Positions 24,001 to 39,000 of a stretch of DNA of 64,000 bases are shown here, piece by piece. This DNA comes from Haliotis cracherodii (taxonomy: Eukaryota). Both the position numbers and the translations under genes were made by a program. The notes below the pieces were generated by a model that saw nothing but the letters and a program-made list of their open reading frames with translations, made no database searches and was not told the origin of the DNA. Numbering within the stretch: position 1 is the stretch's first letter; each line of letters starts with the position of its first letter. The stretch is from positions 65,224,001 to 65,288,000 of the forward strand of contig NW_027266275.1 of NCBI RefSeq assembly GCF_022045235.1, written 5' to 3'.

Positions 24001-27000
24001 GAATCAGATACAAAATATGATGCCAGTGTGCATTGAGTTAAGTTTGTGACACTACCGAACGCAACACGAAATACGGACGGATTAGTTACCTCCCTTGTCA
24101 TTCCACATCCGAGGATGTTTGAACGAAACATCACGACGTCATAGTAGACTTGACCCCTGCAGTTAGGGTCATCCAGGGTCAGGTCATATTCAGATGACCC
24201 CGGAAACACTTGTTGAATCATGTCACGGGGTACAGTCACTTTGAAATCCCTGGAGTCGCAGGTGACCATCACTTTCCCAAAGGGGGCTGATGAGAAAAGG
24301 GGAGTGAGGATCAGACCTTTCATGCAATATATAGCAAAGGACAAAAAAGTATATACTCATCGATATTTCCAAATTTGATGTTGCGACGAAAGTTTCTGCA
24401 CTGTGGCTAACTCGATTACGTTCCCTGTTAGCGGCCATATCACATGATGACATGAAAATCTTGCTTGTTTGTTGTTTAACGCCGCAAGCAGCAATATTCC
24501 AGCTATATTTCTGTAAATAATGGAGTCTGGACCAGACAATCCAATGATTGACATCATGAGCATCGATCCACGCAATAGGGATACGATGACATACGATACA
24601 ACCAAATCAGCGAGCCTGACCAACCGATCCCGTTAGTCGCCTCTGACGACAAGCATATTCGCCTTTTACGGCAAGCATGGGTTACTGAAGACCTATTCTA
24701 CCCCGGATCTTCACGGGTCGACATGAAAGCTGTTATATCTAACGAGTAAATGTCATCATATTGATATATATATGAACCAGGCTTCCGATTGGTACGAAAA
24801 TTACGTCAGTTAACACATTTCCGTGCTAAGTACTACTGAAATATATTTAAGGCAGGATTAGGGCTTAATCGGACAGCAGCGTAGTTTGGGCCCAAATGAT
24901 AGATGGAGAGAGGCACATTTACATGCGATTCACCCTAACTGGATACGTGAAGCGGGTGCCAGAGGAAATCCCCTTATGACAAAAGAACATGTGCGGAAGG
25001 ACAGGAACGGTGTGAGGGAATAGAGAAAATGACTTTCCAAACTGTATATTTAGGGATAGCGGAGTAGGAATTTCATGACTGATATATGACGCCCTTGATC
25101 GAAATTAATGGGAGAGTTGTATTCTATAAAGTACTGTGGAATTCAAGAAGGACTCATGAACTGGGCTTTCACTGGGCTTCATATTACAGTCAAGTATTTT
25201 TCGACCGATTCAACCAACTTGAGCTGAAGCCTTTTAAGGCCATTTGGTTTTTTGGTGTTTTTCTTGAAATTTCAAGATACAAAGTTGTTGGTGTTTACAG
25301 AGCCTCAGAGGCGGGCATTTCACACCAAAAGTTCCTACCTTTTGATGACCAGCCCCACCAGTTGCTGCTCGACTCTGGAATGGTAAAGGTGGGTGGGTGA
25401 GTGAGTGAGTGGATGGGTTTGGGTGAGTGAGTGAGTGAATGGGTTGTGAGTGAGTGAGTGAGTGAGCGAGTGAGTGAGTGAGTGTGGGTGGATGAGTGAG
25501 TGAGTGAGTGAGTGAGCGTGTGGGTGTTTGAGTGAGTGAGTGAGTGAGTGTGGGTGGGTGAGTGGGTGTTTGAGTGAGTGAGTGAGTGGGTGGGTGGGTG
25601 GGTTTGAGTGAGTGAGTGAGTGAGTGAGTGAGTGAGTGAGTGAGCGTGTGGGTGGGTGGTCACGATTTGAAAAGTATCTCTGTTATGTCGTATCTCGCCT
25701 TTGACGACTTGGGGAAACATGTGGCAAAGATTTTTATTAATGATTGTTCACATGGTAAAACGTCTTGACAGTGAAGGTAGTGCACTTATCGCACGAGTAC
25801 TGCATAATATAAAGTTGAACATAGTTCATTGTCCTTGTCAATCTTCTTGAAGAAATAAGAATGTAGAAATGTCTCACGATAGTATTCGTTCGTTGTGTAT
25901 CCATAGCCATAGGTCAAGGTCGCATCTAAAATAACAATTGGATTTTATGAGTGTACAAATGGTAATATGCTTTCATTATGGTATGGTTCATTGTAAATAC
26001 TATCAGTTATGGTGTCTTTAGTTGCCGTATACGGTGTGATATTAGGTTAGCAGAAAAATATTGGGCAAGGCGTCAAAAACAGTGTCGAATAAGGAATTTC
26101 TGTACTAGAATTTTCATGTGAAATATGTGAGGTGGGTGTTGGAATATCCAAAATGGTTGTTACTGACGGTATACGGTCTCATATTAAGTCAGTAACAACC
26201 ATCTTGGATTTTTACTGACGGTATACGGGCTCATATTAGGTCAGTAACAATCATCTTGGATTTTTACTGACGGTATACGGGCTCATATGGGGTTGGTAGT
26301 TCTGCTCTCTGATTGGTCAATCGCACTTTGAAGCATAATAAAATGAAATATCGTTAGCTAGAACTACTTCTTTTAATGTAGCATTTCCCTTTGTGGCCCT
26401 ATCAGAATCCCTACTGGTGCTGTGGAAAAGTTTCAGTACTCCGTTTATCTTGGAATACGGATAGTTTGGTATGTGTATTATCCCAAAATTCTGGGAAACG
26501 ACGGTTCACACTTAGTCATTATGAGGCTAGGAGCTATTATACTATGATACCATAGGACAGTCTCCAGGACAGTTTGAATCCTCGGTTAGTATTGCTTCCA
26601 TCAGTGGTGAAGGTGATATCAAAGTATCTGCCGATGATGGTACCACGACTGGTGCCAGTGAATGACCTCATCTGGCGGTTCCGATATGGGTCCTCGTAAT
26701 TAATCTGAAAAGCAGGCAAAATAATTATTCACCTTGGCGTTTAACGTTCTCCGTCATCTCTCAGTGATTACCATTGGATGTATGGTCCCGAGGGAGCTGA
26801 GAATGTATTGTGATAATACTGTCTGTGAGCAGTTTGTTTGCTTTTCAACAGCTATATGGCGGGGGCTGTAAATTGCATCTGGACCAGGCAATCCAGTGAG
26901 TGACACCACGAGTATCGATCTACTCAACTTGGATACGATGACATGCATCAACCAAGTCAGCGAGCCTGACCACCCGATCCCGTTAGTCGCCTCTTAAGCC

Positions 27001-30000
27001 AAGCATGGGTTATTGAAGATTAATTCTGACCCGATTTTTTGCGAAAGGTCTGTAAGTGATATTGATCTATTATTATTCCTTTTATTATTATGCACATCAC
27101 ATTGTGTATTCTATCATAAAGTAAAGATAAAACTCGGTAAAACAAATACGAAAGTATAACAGTGTTTCTATGTACCTTCAGGTGATCATAACCATCTTCT
27201 AAAATCATATCGTCAATACTAAGTTCACTGTAGGTTGATGTGAGGACGTAGTAGACGCAGTTGAGGTTGTTGAAGTAGTTGGAGGGGTAGTTGGGGGATG
27301 TGAAAACGCCACTAGTGCTGTAGCTCGTCTGACCACAGGCTTCACAAAAAACATATAATTATGTTTTAAGAAAGCGAATAATGAGACATACGTAGCGAAT
27401 GAACATATAAGTTGTGTACATAGCTGCTCTCTATTGGTCGTAATACTAAATATAAACACACATGCTACATGTATTTTATATCTCGACATGTTTGTTCTTG
27501 TGGTCATGAAAACGCTTACCTTCGTTTGTAGTCGTATCGTACCAAGGGGCTGTGGAGGTAAATATAAAATGTTTCAGAATATTGAAAATTTGTGTAAACG
27601 GAGTTTTTTGTTTAAAAAAGTAGTTAGACCACGTTCTTCATATTTCGCAATACTCACGGGGGCTTGTCATTCCATACCAGGGATAAGGGCTCGATGGCTG
27701 GCTGTTGTAGCTGGAGTCTGGTGGAAAGTCAGAAAATATGTTTGAAAATCAGACACCGGAATTGCAATAAAGTGCCCATATTCGTATAGCGACCAAGCAC
27801 TCCGACAAACAACGATAACTATTCAAACCCCTGTGCTTGGTCGCCTCTCAAAGGACATATCAAATAGTTTTGTGTGCATTCGATCTATATTTCTGCCAGT
27901 GTGCACATTCGACAAAGACAACCACATTTCTATCTTTTTGGACACATTTTATTTTTTTCTGATTGTTTAATCTAACTAAGACAAAATCATCCCTTTTCTT
28001 TAGAAATGTAACTGCCTGTACAGAAAAGGCACTTGCATGATTTATTCAATGTCAATTTCGTTTCCATTTACCAATGCAACATTTTAATGTTCGGGCTACG
28101 ATATCCGCCATTATGGATTGGTCACTTCGCTTTCGGCATGCTGTCGGCTTGTTTAAATCAGAGACTCGCAGATCGCTGTTTATCATTATATATAATAAAA
28201 TAATATTTATGAAAACGTTGCGAGATTCTTGAATATTGATTAGAAAAATTGGTCCGGTTAGTCAAATTTGTCCTCTACAAGCGTCTGCCCGGAGAACGGG
28301 ACGTTAGGTGTTCGATCTCCGGCCGCGTCATACCAAAAGACGTTACGAGATGGTTCTTTTTGGTTGTTTCCCAGTCTTACGCTCTGTATTAAGGGGATAA
28401 AACTAGGACAGGTCATTTCGGAGTGAGCATACTGTATTTGAGTGGAGTATCCATGTTAAACTGCGGTATGGTATATCAGTCGACTATAGCACTATAAATC
28501 CGGACTAGTACAAGCAGACACACTCACGCGCGCACACAGATTCACACATGTGCATGCACGTCGCACGCACGTTAAACCCCATTTCATCCCACCACCTTGC
28601 CTTTCTATGTTTATAAACAGGGTCAAATATTCGAGGGAAATCATGAACAGAGTTTCAAGCTATAAATTGTGCAAATCTGTACGCTTACCGGTTGTGAGAT
28701 ACGCGGGGAGTGATGAATAATCTGTAAAAAGTCAAACATGCATTTACTAAACTCCAACCAGTGGGTTTACGTCAACTAATAAACCATTACATCATTACGC
28801 TACAACGTTTGTACAACATAATACACGGTCATTGTGTCGTGGCATTGTATGCATATGTACGTGTACTGTATGCATGTGTATGTGTCGTGGCATTTTATGC
28901 ATGTACATGTGTCGTGGCATTGTATACACATGCACTTGTGTCGAAACATTGTATGCATGTATATGTGTAGTGGCATTTTATGCATGTACATGTGTCGTGG
29001 CATTGTATACACATGCACTTGTGTCGTGACATTGTATGCATGTACATGCGTAGTGACATTGTATGCATGTACATGTGTCGTGACAGGTTATGTATGTACA
29101 TGTGTCGTGACAGGTTATGTATGTACATGTGTCGTGACAGGTTATGTATGTACATGTGTCGTGACAGGTTATGTATGTACATGTGTCGTGACAGGTTATG
29201 TATGTACATGTGTCTTGACAGGTTATGTATGTACATGTGTCGTGAAGGTTATGTATGTACATGTGTCGTGAAGGTTATGTATGTACATGTGTCGTGGCAG
29301 GTTATGCATGTATATGTGTCGTGACAGGTTATGTATGTACATGTGTCTTGACAGGTTATGTATGTACATGTGTCGTGAAAGTTATGTATGTACATGTGTC
29401 GTGACAGGTTATGTATGTACATGTGTCGTGACAGGTTATGTATGTATATGTGTCGTTAAGGTTATGTATGTACATGTGTCGTGAAGGTTATGTATGTACA
29501 TGTGTCGTGAAGGTTATGTATGTACATGTGTCGTGAAGGTTATGTATGTACATGTGTCGTGGCAGGTTATGCATGTACATGTGTCGTGACAGGTTATGTA
29601 TGTACATGTGTCGTGACAGGTTATGTATGTACATGTGTCGTGAAGGTTATGTATGTACATGTGTCGTGACAGGTTATGTATGTACATGTGTCGTGACAGG
29701 TTATGCATATACATGTGTCGTGACAGGTTATGTATGTACATGTGTCGTGGCAGGTTATGCATGTATATGTGTCGTGACAGGTTATGTATGTACATGTGTC
29801 GTGACAGGTTATGTATGTACATGTGTCGTGACAGGTTATGTATGTACATGTGTCGTGAAGGTTATGTATGTACATGTGTCGTGAAGGTTATGTATGTACA
29901 TGTGTCGTGAAGGTTATGTATGTACATGTGTCGTGAAGGTTATGTATGTACATGTGTCGTGAAGGTTATGTATGTACATGTGTCGTGACAGGTTATGTAT

Positions 30001-33000
30001 GTACATGTGTCGTGACAGGTTATGTATGTACATGTGTCGTGAAGGTTATGTATGTACATGTGTCGTGAAGGTTATGTATGTACATGTGTCGTGAAGGTTA
30101 TGCATATACATGTGTTGTTGCAGGTTATGCATATACATGTGTTGTGGCAGGTTATGCATATATATGTGTTGTGGCAGGTTATGCATATACATGTGTTGTT
30201 GCAGGTTATGCATATACATGTGTTGTGGCAGGTTATGCATATATATGTGTCCCGGCATTGTATGCATTTACACGTGCCGCAGCATTGTTTGCATGGATAT
30301 ATGTCGTAGCACTGTATGCATGTATATGTGTCGTGGCAGGTCATGCATGTACACGTGGCGTGGAAGGTAATGTATTTGCATGTGTCGTAGCATTGTATGC
30401 ATGTATATGTGTCATGGCATTGTATGCATGTATATGTGTCGTGGCATTGTATGCATGTATATGTGTCGTAGCATTCTATGCATATATTTGTGTCACGGCA
30501 TTGTAGGCATTTACATGTGTCACAGCATTGTATGCATGTATATATGTCGTGGCATTGTATGCATGTATATGTGTCGTGGCATTGTATGCATGTTCACGTG
30601 TCCTGGCATTGTATGCATGCATATGTGTCGTGGCATTGTATGCATGTGCATGTGTCGTGGCATTGTATGCATGTATATGTGTCGTGGCAGGTCATGCATG
30701 TACACGTGGCGTAGAAGGTAATGTATTTGCATGTGTCGTGGCATTGTATGCATGTATATGTGTCGTAATATTGTATGCATGTATACGTGTCGTGGCATTG
30801 TGTGTATGTTCATGTGTCGTGGCATTGTATGCGTGTATATGTGTCGTAGCATTGTATGCATGTATATGTGTCGTGGAATTGTATGCATGTATATGTGTCG
30901 TGGCATTGTATGCATGTAAATGTGTCGTGGAATTGTATGCATGTATATATGTCGTGGCATTGTATGCATGTATATGAGTCGTGGCATTGTATGCATGTAA
31001 ATGTGTCCTGGCATTGTATGCATGCATATGTGTCGTGGCATTGTATGCATGTGCATGTGTCGTGGCATTGTATACATGTATATGTGTCGGAGCATTGTAT
31101 GCATGTATATTAGTCAAAGCATTGTATGCGTGTATATGTGTCGTGGCATTGTATGCATGTATATGTGTCGTAGCATTGTATGCATGTTCATGTGTCCTGG
31201 CATTGTATACATGTATATGTATCATGGCATTGTATGCATGTATATGTATCGTGGCATTGTATGCATGTATATGTGTCGTGGCATTGTATGCATGTATATA
31301 TGTCGTGGCATTGTATGCATATATATGTGTCGTGGCATTGTATGCATGTATATGTGTTTAGGCATTGTATGCATGTATATGTGTCGTGGCATTGTATGCA
31401 TGTATATGTGTCGTGGCATTGTATGCATGTTCACGTGTCCTGGCATTGTATACATGCATATGTGTCGTGGCATTGTATGCATGTGCATGTGTCGTGGCAT
31501 TGTATGCATGTATATGTGTCGTGGCAGGTTATGCATGTTCACGTGTCCTGGCATTGTATGCATGTATATGAGTCAAAGCATTGTATGCATGTTCACGTGT
31601 CCTGGCATTGTATGCATGTATATGTGTCGTGGCATTGTATGCATGTTCACGTGTCCTGGCATTGTATGCGTGTATATGTGTCGGAGCATTGTATGCATGT
31701 ATATGTGTTTTAGCATTTTATTTTTATGCATGTATATGTGTGCTGCCATTGTATGCATGTATATGTGTCGAAGCATTGTATGCATGTATATATGTCGTAG
31801 CATTTTATTTTTATGCATGTATATGTGTGCTGCCATTGTATACATGTATATGTGTCGTGGCATGGTATATTTGTAAACGTGTTCTCATTGCTTGATTCGC
31901 TATATACTTGTGTTTGGAGGATAAAAGAATAACATTGTCAGTGTTTGTAACCCTAAAGTAAACTGCTATTGTGAGCATTGTAGTGCTGTTAAGGTGATGA
32001 CATTAGGCGCAATGGCCACACACCTGGACCATAATACAGTTTGAATCCTCTGCGGACAGCGCTACCATCAGAGGTGAACACCACTCGGAAGTATTTTCCA
32101 TAGAGGTAGTAATTGCCAGTCACGTTGTTTCCTTGGTCATCATATATCTGCAAAAGCACACCTTACAATATCAAATATAACAGATTTTACGATCGATATT
32201 TTAGAAGCCTGTTGTCAAAACGATCTTTCAATTTAGTTTTCAATGTCTTTGTGTTTTCAGTTTATTGTCATAGTGCCTGGTATTGCACATTGCTTTTATC
32301 TAACCTAGTATCTGTTATGTTATGTCTTCTGATATTAACAGGGGGCACGGGTGGCCCAGTCGTCTAAGGCGCCGCAAATCGCTGTGCAGAGATGCGCCCT
32401 TTGGGCATGCCAGAAACCTATGATTTTGGGTTCGAATCCCGGTTCGCCCCGGGAATAGACCAGACACGTTCTATCGTGATTGATTGAGCTGTGGCTGACC
32501 AATCAGAATCCGGTCTTCCGGAAGGGCATGGTACAATCTTATACTTAGTGGTGATCGAACAAGATGTATTCACATGACATACTAACATGGATCACTCAGT
32601 CATGGATGAGAGATATCATACCACAAGATGGTCACAGCACGCTTCCAGGTCTTTGTCAATCACTCGGAGGTAGACGTAGGTGCCAGGGGAGATGACGTAT
32701 TCGCACTGAGCGTTGTTGTAGTAGTCGCTTGGGTAGTTGGGGGACGTGATGTAACCAGACAAGCTGCTGCTGTACTTTGTTCCGCAGTCTGAAATTGTTC
32801 ATTCACATCTGATGTTGGTTAACAGAACAGAAGTTCAATATGGGCATTTACCTCCACAGCTGACCCGTGAACATCCGGGGTAGAATAGGTCTCCAGCAAG
32901 CCATGCTTGCCGTAAAAGGCGACTATGCTTGTCGTAAGAGGCGACTAACGGGATCGGGTGGTCATGAAGCATGTCATCGTATCCCAGTTGCCTAGATCGA

Positions 33001-36000
33001 TGCTCATGATTCAATCACTGGATTGTCTGGTCAAGACTCCATTATTTACAGACCGCCGTCATATAGCTGGAATATTGCTGAGTTAAACAACAAACACAAC
33101 TTCCATAGCTATATGCAGTTGCACCTCATAAATAAGGATGGTCAGATCCTGAATGGATTAACCGGTTTCGTAAGCCACTCTTTACATTGTCATCATCATT
33201 TACACACTTATACGCAGAATGTATGGTCGACCATAACAGTCAACATGCATTCTGTATAGTACCTTCTATGCCTACATTCAGCATATTCCACTGGCATCAG
33301 AGTACCAAGGAAGCCTCCGTTGAGGAATAATGGACAAAATCGGCGACCACACTGTCATGGTGTATATCCAGCTGATCATGCAAGACTAACTTCATCAGCC
33401 ACCCACGTGGACATGGTGTCAACTTCAGAGGATGATGCTCTTTCCGTCCCCACTTTTAAGAGGTGGACAGCGGCGTTCAAGGGGGGACCCAAATGATAAT
33501 GGCGTCATTTCTGTAGTGGAGGACTTTATACACATGGAAGATGCCCTCTACACCAGTAGGGTTTGTTTGGGCCTCGTGGCTCAATGCAGTCCGAACGCCT
33601 TCGTGGTCTAGTGGTAGAGCGTCCGCCTGGATAGAGAAGGGTTCGGGGTTCGATCCCCGGCCAAAAGACGTCAACAGATTGTACTTGTTGTTACCCTGTC
33701 TGGCACTCGGCATTAAGAGGCTACAATAAGGAGTCAGTATACTGTGTCTGATTGGGGTATTCATGTTAAACTGCAGCACACACACACATACACGTGCATG
33801 CACGTCACTATTTAACGTTAATCTCACCTCACCTCACCTCACCTCACCTCACCTCACCTCAACGCAGTCCATCATTGTTAGGCACGAAAGTATTCAGCCA
33901 CCCAACGTACATGTAACTTGAACTCGGTCAACCACGACGGTTACATATAAAGGAGCTTTCTTCATGAAAGCTTTCATCAATCGGAATCCGCAATCATAAT
34001 CGATCTTATAATATACTCCCGATAGATGCACTGCGCTGCAATCACACAGTATGGCGTGAAAACTTATCATGCTTGTCACTATGACGTCTTCTTATCTAGC
34101 ACATGCTTGCCGTAAAAGGCGACGTTGCTTGTCGTAAGAAGCGACTAACGGGATCTGGTGGTCAGGCTCGCTGACTTGGTTGATGCATGTCATCGTATCC
34201 CAATTGCCTAGATCGATGCTCATGATGCCATTGTCTGGTCCAGACTTGATTATCTACAGAAGGCCGCATAGAGCTGTGATATTGTTTAACAACAAACAAA
34301 CAAACAAAACTTATATAGCACATATTCATTGATATATCTTACAGTTATAGCCCGGCGAAGTGAAGGTCCCGCTCACTGCACCTGTCGAATCTGTAATGAT
34401 AGGCATGATCCATTTGACAAATATCATTGAAAAAAAACAATTTTAAATGCGTCATCAGTAACCATTTGAATAGAAAAATAGAAGTCAGACCATATATATG
34501 GAAATAAAGTCTAAATAGATGTGGAAATGCTGTATGGCTGTTATTTGCCTAACAGTGCCGTTTTCAAAAACACAGAGTGATATAATTACAGTACAGTCAT
34601 ACTGTCTAAATGTAGTTGGTCAATATCTCCCTTACCGAGCGACCAGAAGAGTCTAAATCCTTTGAACGTGTTGCTTCCATCAGATGTGAAAACAATCCGA
34701 AAGTAATTGTTCGTAATGGGTATGGTGTTCGCCGATATGTTGTCATAAACAGAGCCATAGCGGTCCATCACCTGGAGAACATCAGAAGAAAATCATGCCT
34801 TTCACACATGTTGCTAATATATTTCACTCTCATCACTGTGGTTGGCCATTGGGACGCAACCATCTACCCGGGGCAGGGGCGTTAACTGACTATAAAAGTC
34901 CAGTTTCAACCCTTGCCGCACTAGGCTGGAATTTCCAGGCTCTTCTCAGCGCCCCTTGTGGCTATTACTAGTTGTGTCCAATCTGTGTCCCTCCTATGGA
35001 CCAATCAGATTCCATCTTTCATATCACTTGCCTTTGCTTCAAACAAAATGGCGGCGCCAAGTCAAAACGATCTGATCGATAATCAAGATCTATATTGCAA
35101 TTAAACGGGTCTACCCTGCGTAGTGCACCAAATCACTTGAGCGACTTGATTAAAAACATGAAAAGGTTTCGAATATATCTGTCGATGCTCAGTTGACAGT
35201 TGCCCAGGTACAAATCCTGCAGTCGCTCGAAATCTGTTTACGAACCGGATGTCAAGTTCGTTTCGCGCTTTCGATTGGACTATGCATAGACTCGTTAGTA
35301 CAGCCAAGTTGTAACTCCGGAATCCCAGCCTCCTTCGGCAGGGGAGGAAACTGGATTTTTATAGTCAGTTAACGCCCTTGCCTTGGGAAGATGGGACGCC
35401 ACTTGCTGTTACCATTATCATATGGGCGTGTCTGATATAACACGATCGCGAATACATCAAAACGTTATAAACCTTTCAGATAACAGGGAGAGCATACGAT
35501 CACATGATATGTTAGTCGGAATAATCATATGATCACACAATGGTTAAATAGCATTTTCGACAGGTATATTCTGAGATTTGGGATTTTGCATGACTGATGA
35601 TATACCCGATGAAAGAAGACGGTCAAAGATAATATATGACACAGTCAGAGGTGAGGTCAGGTGAGATGGGGTTTAACGTCGCGTCCAAGATGATTGCACT
35701 TATATACCGACGTGCATGTACGTGTATGTGTGTGTGTGGCTGCTTGTACTAGTCCGGATTGATACAGTATACTGACTCCGAGCCGACCAGTCCTTGTTTT
35801 AGCCCCTTAATGCCGAGCGCCAGACAGGGTAGCAACAAGTACCATCTTTTAACGTCTTTCGGTATGACGCGGCCGGGGATTGAACCCCGGACATTCCGCT
35901 CTCCGGGCGGACGCTCTACCATTAGACCACGGCGGCGGTCTGACACTGTCAGAACAGTTGTGTGATCATGCAAGTGTGCATATATTCTGCAAACGTTATA

Positions 36001-39000
36001 TCATTTTTGGTAGTTATAAAGATAGTATGCAAGAGATGTGTAACGTTGTAGACATTATTATAAAGATATCTAGTTCAAATGCTAGCGTTAGTACACAGTA
36101 GACAGTGTATTGCTTTTGCTAAGTGCAAATATTTGCCAAAGTTTTAAGTAAGTTGTTAAGCCGAAAGCTATAAAACTGCAAATGTAACATTGATTCAATT
36201 CTTTCTTTTTGTTGCATTATTGTTCCTCAGTTTAAAGGCCCACGGCTACATAGAATAAGTGATGATGTAAAGAGTCGCTATCAACTCTACCTTCACGTGG
36301 TCGCAGCAGGATTCCAGTGACATGGTATCGACTCTCAGTGATACGTAAGCGCCCGTATCTATGATGTATTCACAGTTCGCATAGTTAGGGTAGTTGCTGG
36401 GATAGTTGGGAGACGTTACAACCCCAGACCATGAGCTGTAGTATCCTCCGCATGCTGTAAGAAAACAGAATTGCCTAAAATACATCTCTTCAATACGAAT
36501 TACATTTTATTCCACATTTTATTCATAGGGCATTTGGGGCGGTCGGGTGGCCTAGTGGTTAAAGCGTTCGCTCATCACGCCGAAGACCCGGGTTCGATTC
36601 CCGACATGGGTACAATGTGTGAAGCCCATTTCTGGTGTCCCCCGACGTGATATTGCTGGAATATTGCTAAAAGCGGCGTAAAATCATACTCACTTATAGG
36701 GCATTTAAAAACATATTTTGTCCCAACTGTACAACTGAATTATAATACTATCATTCAACCCCGTGAGTAAGTGTCTGCAATTGTTTTAAGTTGCCGTTAC
36801 TCATGTCGAGAATAGCCATGGAGGAAGGTGAGATTTAATTTCCCTCGTCTGTCGAATTCAAACGTCTCCACTGACGTATATTACCATTGCCGTTACACAC
36901 TACTTGAAATATAGAATTTACCTTCACCTGGATAGAATATATTGTTCACGTGAGAGGTTTAACGTAGTAACAGAAGGATATGGTCTCGTCTACACCTACC
37001 ACTATTTGTCGATGTCAGATAGCGCCAGTCCTCTGAGGTTCCTGGAAATGTTGAATTTAAATGGTTAATTGGCACGTGACATGTATGTTTTTGATTCATC
37101 GCAATGAGCCAGAAAGAAAAGTATTATAAACAGAAACAATGTATTTTGCTAAAAGTGTACTTTTAATTATATACGTAGCTGTTAAATTATTTACACCTTA
37201 ACTTCAGGGTGTTGCTCAACTCCTTGTTGTATACAAAACATTCACATCAAATTGATTAAGAATACATGTATCAGTACAACTGTTCCTGCAGGTGGGGTAT
37301 GTATATGACATGTATCAGTACAACTGTTCCTGCTGGTGGGGTATGTATATGACATGTATAAGTACAGCTGCTCCTGCAGGTGGGGTATGTATATGACATG
37401 TATCAGTGTAACTGTTCCTGCAGGTGGGGTATGTATATGACATGTAAAAGTACAGCCGTTCCTGCTGGTGGGGTATGTATATGACATGTATCAGTGTAAC
37501 TGTTCCTGCAGGTGGGGTATGTATATGACATGTATAAGTACAGCCGTTCCTGCAGGTGGGGTATGTATATCACATGTAAAAGTACAGCCGTTCCTGCTGG
37601 TGGGGTATGTATATGACATGTATAAGTACAGCTGTTCCTGTAGATTATCAATGATGAATAAAGCAACCACCTAACGTAATTGCACACGCTGTGGTAAACA
37701 GAGTTTATTCATTCAAACGAAACCAGTTGTCAAACATCCTTGTCAATCATAATCTGCGGATTTTTTACATGATGTTATATCGTCATACAAGTAAAACTGA
37801 AGCAAAGTAATTCTTTCTCCTGTTCTCTACTTATAATACTTACCACCTGTAGTTGCATATCTCCCACCATAGGTAGCAGGCCGGTCTATAAACAGATAAG
37901 TCATGTGTTGGTTATCCAGGACGACTATTAGCCAAATTTATGTCTGTTTTTGTTAGGCCTAAAATGACGCAGTAACAACGCGATTTTAAAACATTAGTTT
38001 TACCTGCAGGCTTTCATTATTCTATTGTAAATTGATACTTTTTTTCAAAACGTATTACAAAAGGCTTCACCTGTGGGTTTATCCCAAATAGTATGAAGTC
38101 ATCTTTATTCATATGATATGGACTTAACTTTCTCTTTCGGGTTGGCTAATTAGAGTTTCCTGACTTTCGTTTAAAATCCAGAAATAAGGTCAAATGCCGG
38201 GAGTCAATACGCCTCCGCTACGTTCGTTTCTAAGCTATGCCGTTCCGTTCCGTTTCGTGCCTGGTGAATATCGTTAAACTGCCATTCCTTTCTCAATTCA
38301 AAACTCGATGAACCGAAATATATGAGCAGTCAATCCATTAGTAACAAAACTCAGTTTTACCTGTTTAACTGACTGACTAGTCCTGCACCATGACCGTGGA
38401 ATATATTTATTTTATGAAAAAATGATAATCTAGAAATGCATACAAAAGCAAGTCTAGCCAGCTCAAGCTAGCTCTATTCCACAGCATAGGGATTTTTTTT
38501 TTCATTATTAGAGTCAAGAAGGATATTGTGTAATATAAGATTTCAGAGACTAAATGTTAGTCTAGGTGCTGACAAACCGAGAAACATAATCGGGTCGAAC
38601 CGGGATTCGAACCCAAAATCATAGGTTTCTGGCGTACCCAAGGGACGCAACTCTGCACAGCGAATCGCGGCGCCTTAGACGAGTGGGCCACCCGTGCCCC
38701 CGAATAAAGAAGAAGAAACTCTCAGTAGCGCGTATGTGATGCGATCCGTCGTCTCATGCTCCCAATAAGTGTCTGGATGGTTGCAAAGGGAACATTGTTC
38801 TACTCTTCAGCAAATGCATTGCAAAGTTCCTGTAGAGTTGTCGGAATGACAGGGCGTCGTCACAGGGTGATCTGCAGCTCGTTCCACGTGTGTTCGATTG
38901 GGTTGATGTCTGGTCAGAGGGTTGGCCACTCTATGCGGGAAATGGCCTCCTCCTGTAAGTAGGCATCAACGACCATGGCACGATGAGGTCGTGCGTTGTC

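Noticed and set aside
28761-31895. Many Cys/Met/His-rich ORFs resembling metal-binding proteins
   Set aside because: They are translations of the 27-bp intronic minisatellite in all frames. The same applies to ORFs at 1673-2577, 11230-12529 and 51856-52586.
35612-35640. Hammerhead core (ctgatga...gaaa)
   Set aside because: Stem II pairing is weak and no stem III or cleavage triplet could be built.
36536-36610. tRNA gene
   Set aside because: The A/B-box head runs straight into a conserved SINE body with tail and TSD. The same holds for all other tRNA-like heads in the window.
38004-38021. Extra CUB-ZP micro-exon (tag|18 nt|gtaaaa)
   Set aside because: It gives TAA in the required phase, and the donor motif resembles a dispersed repeat also seen near 38350 and 41695.
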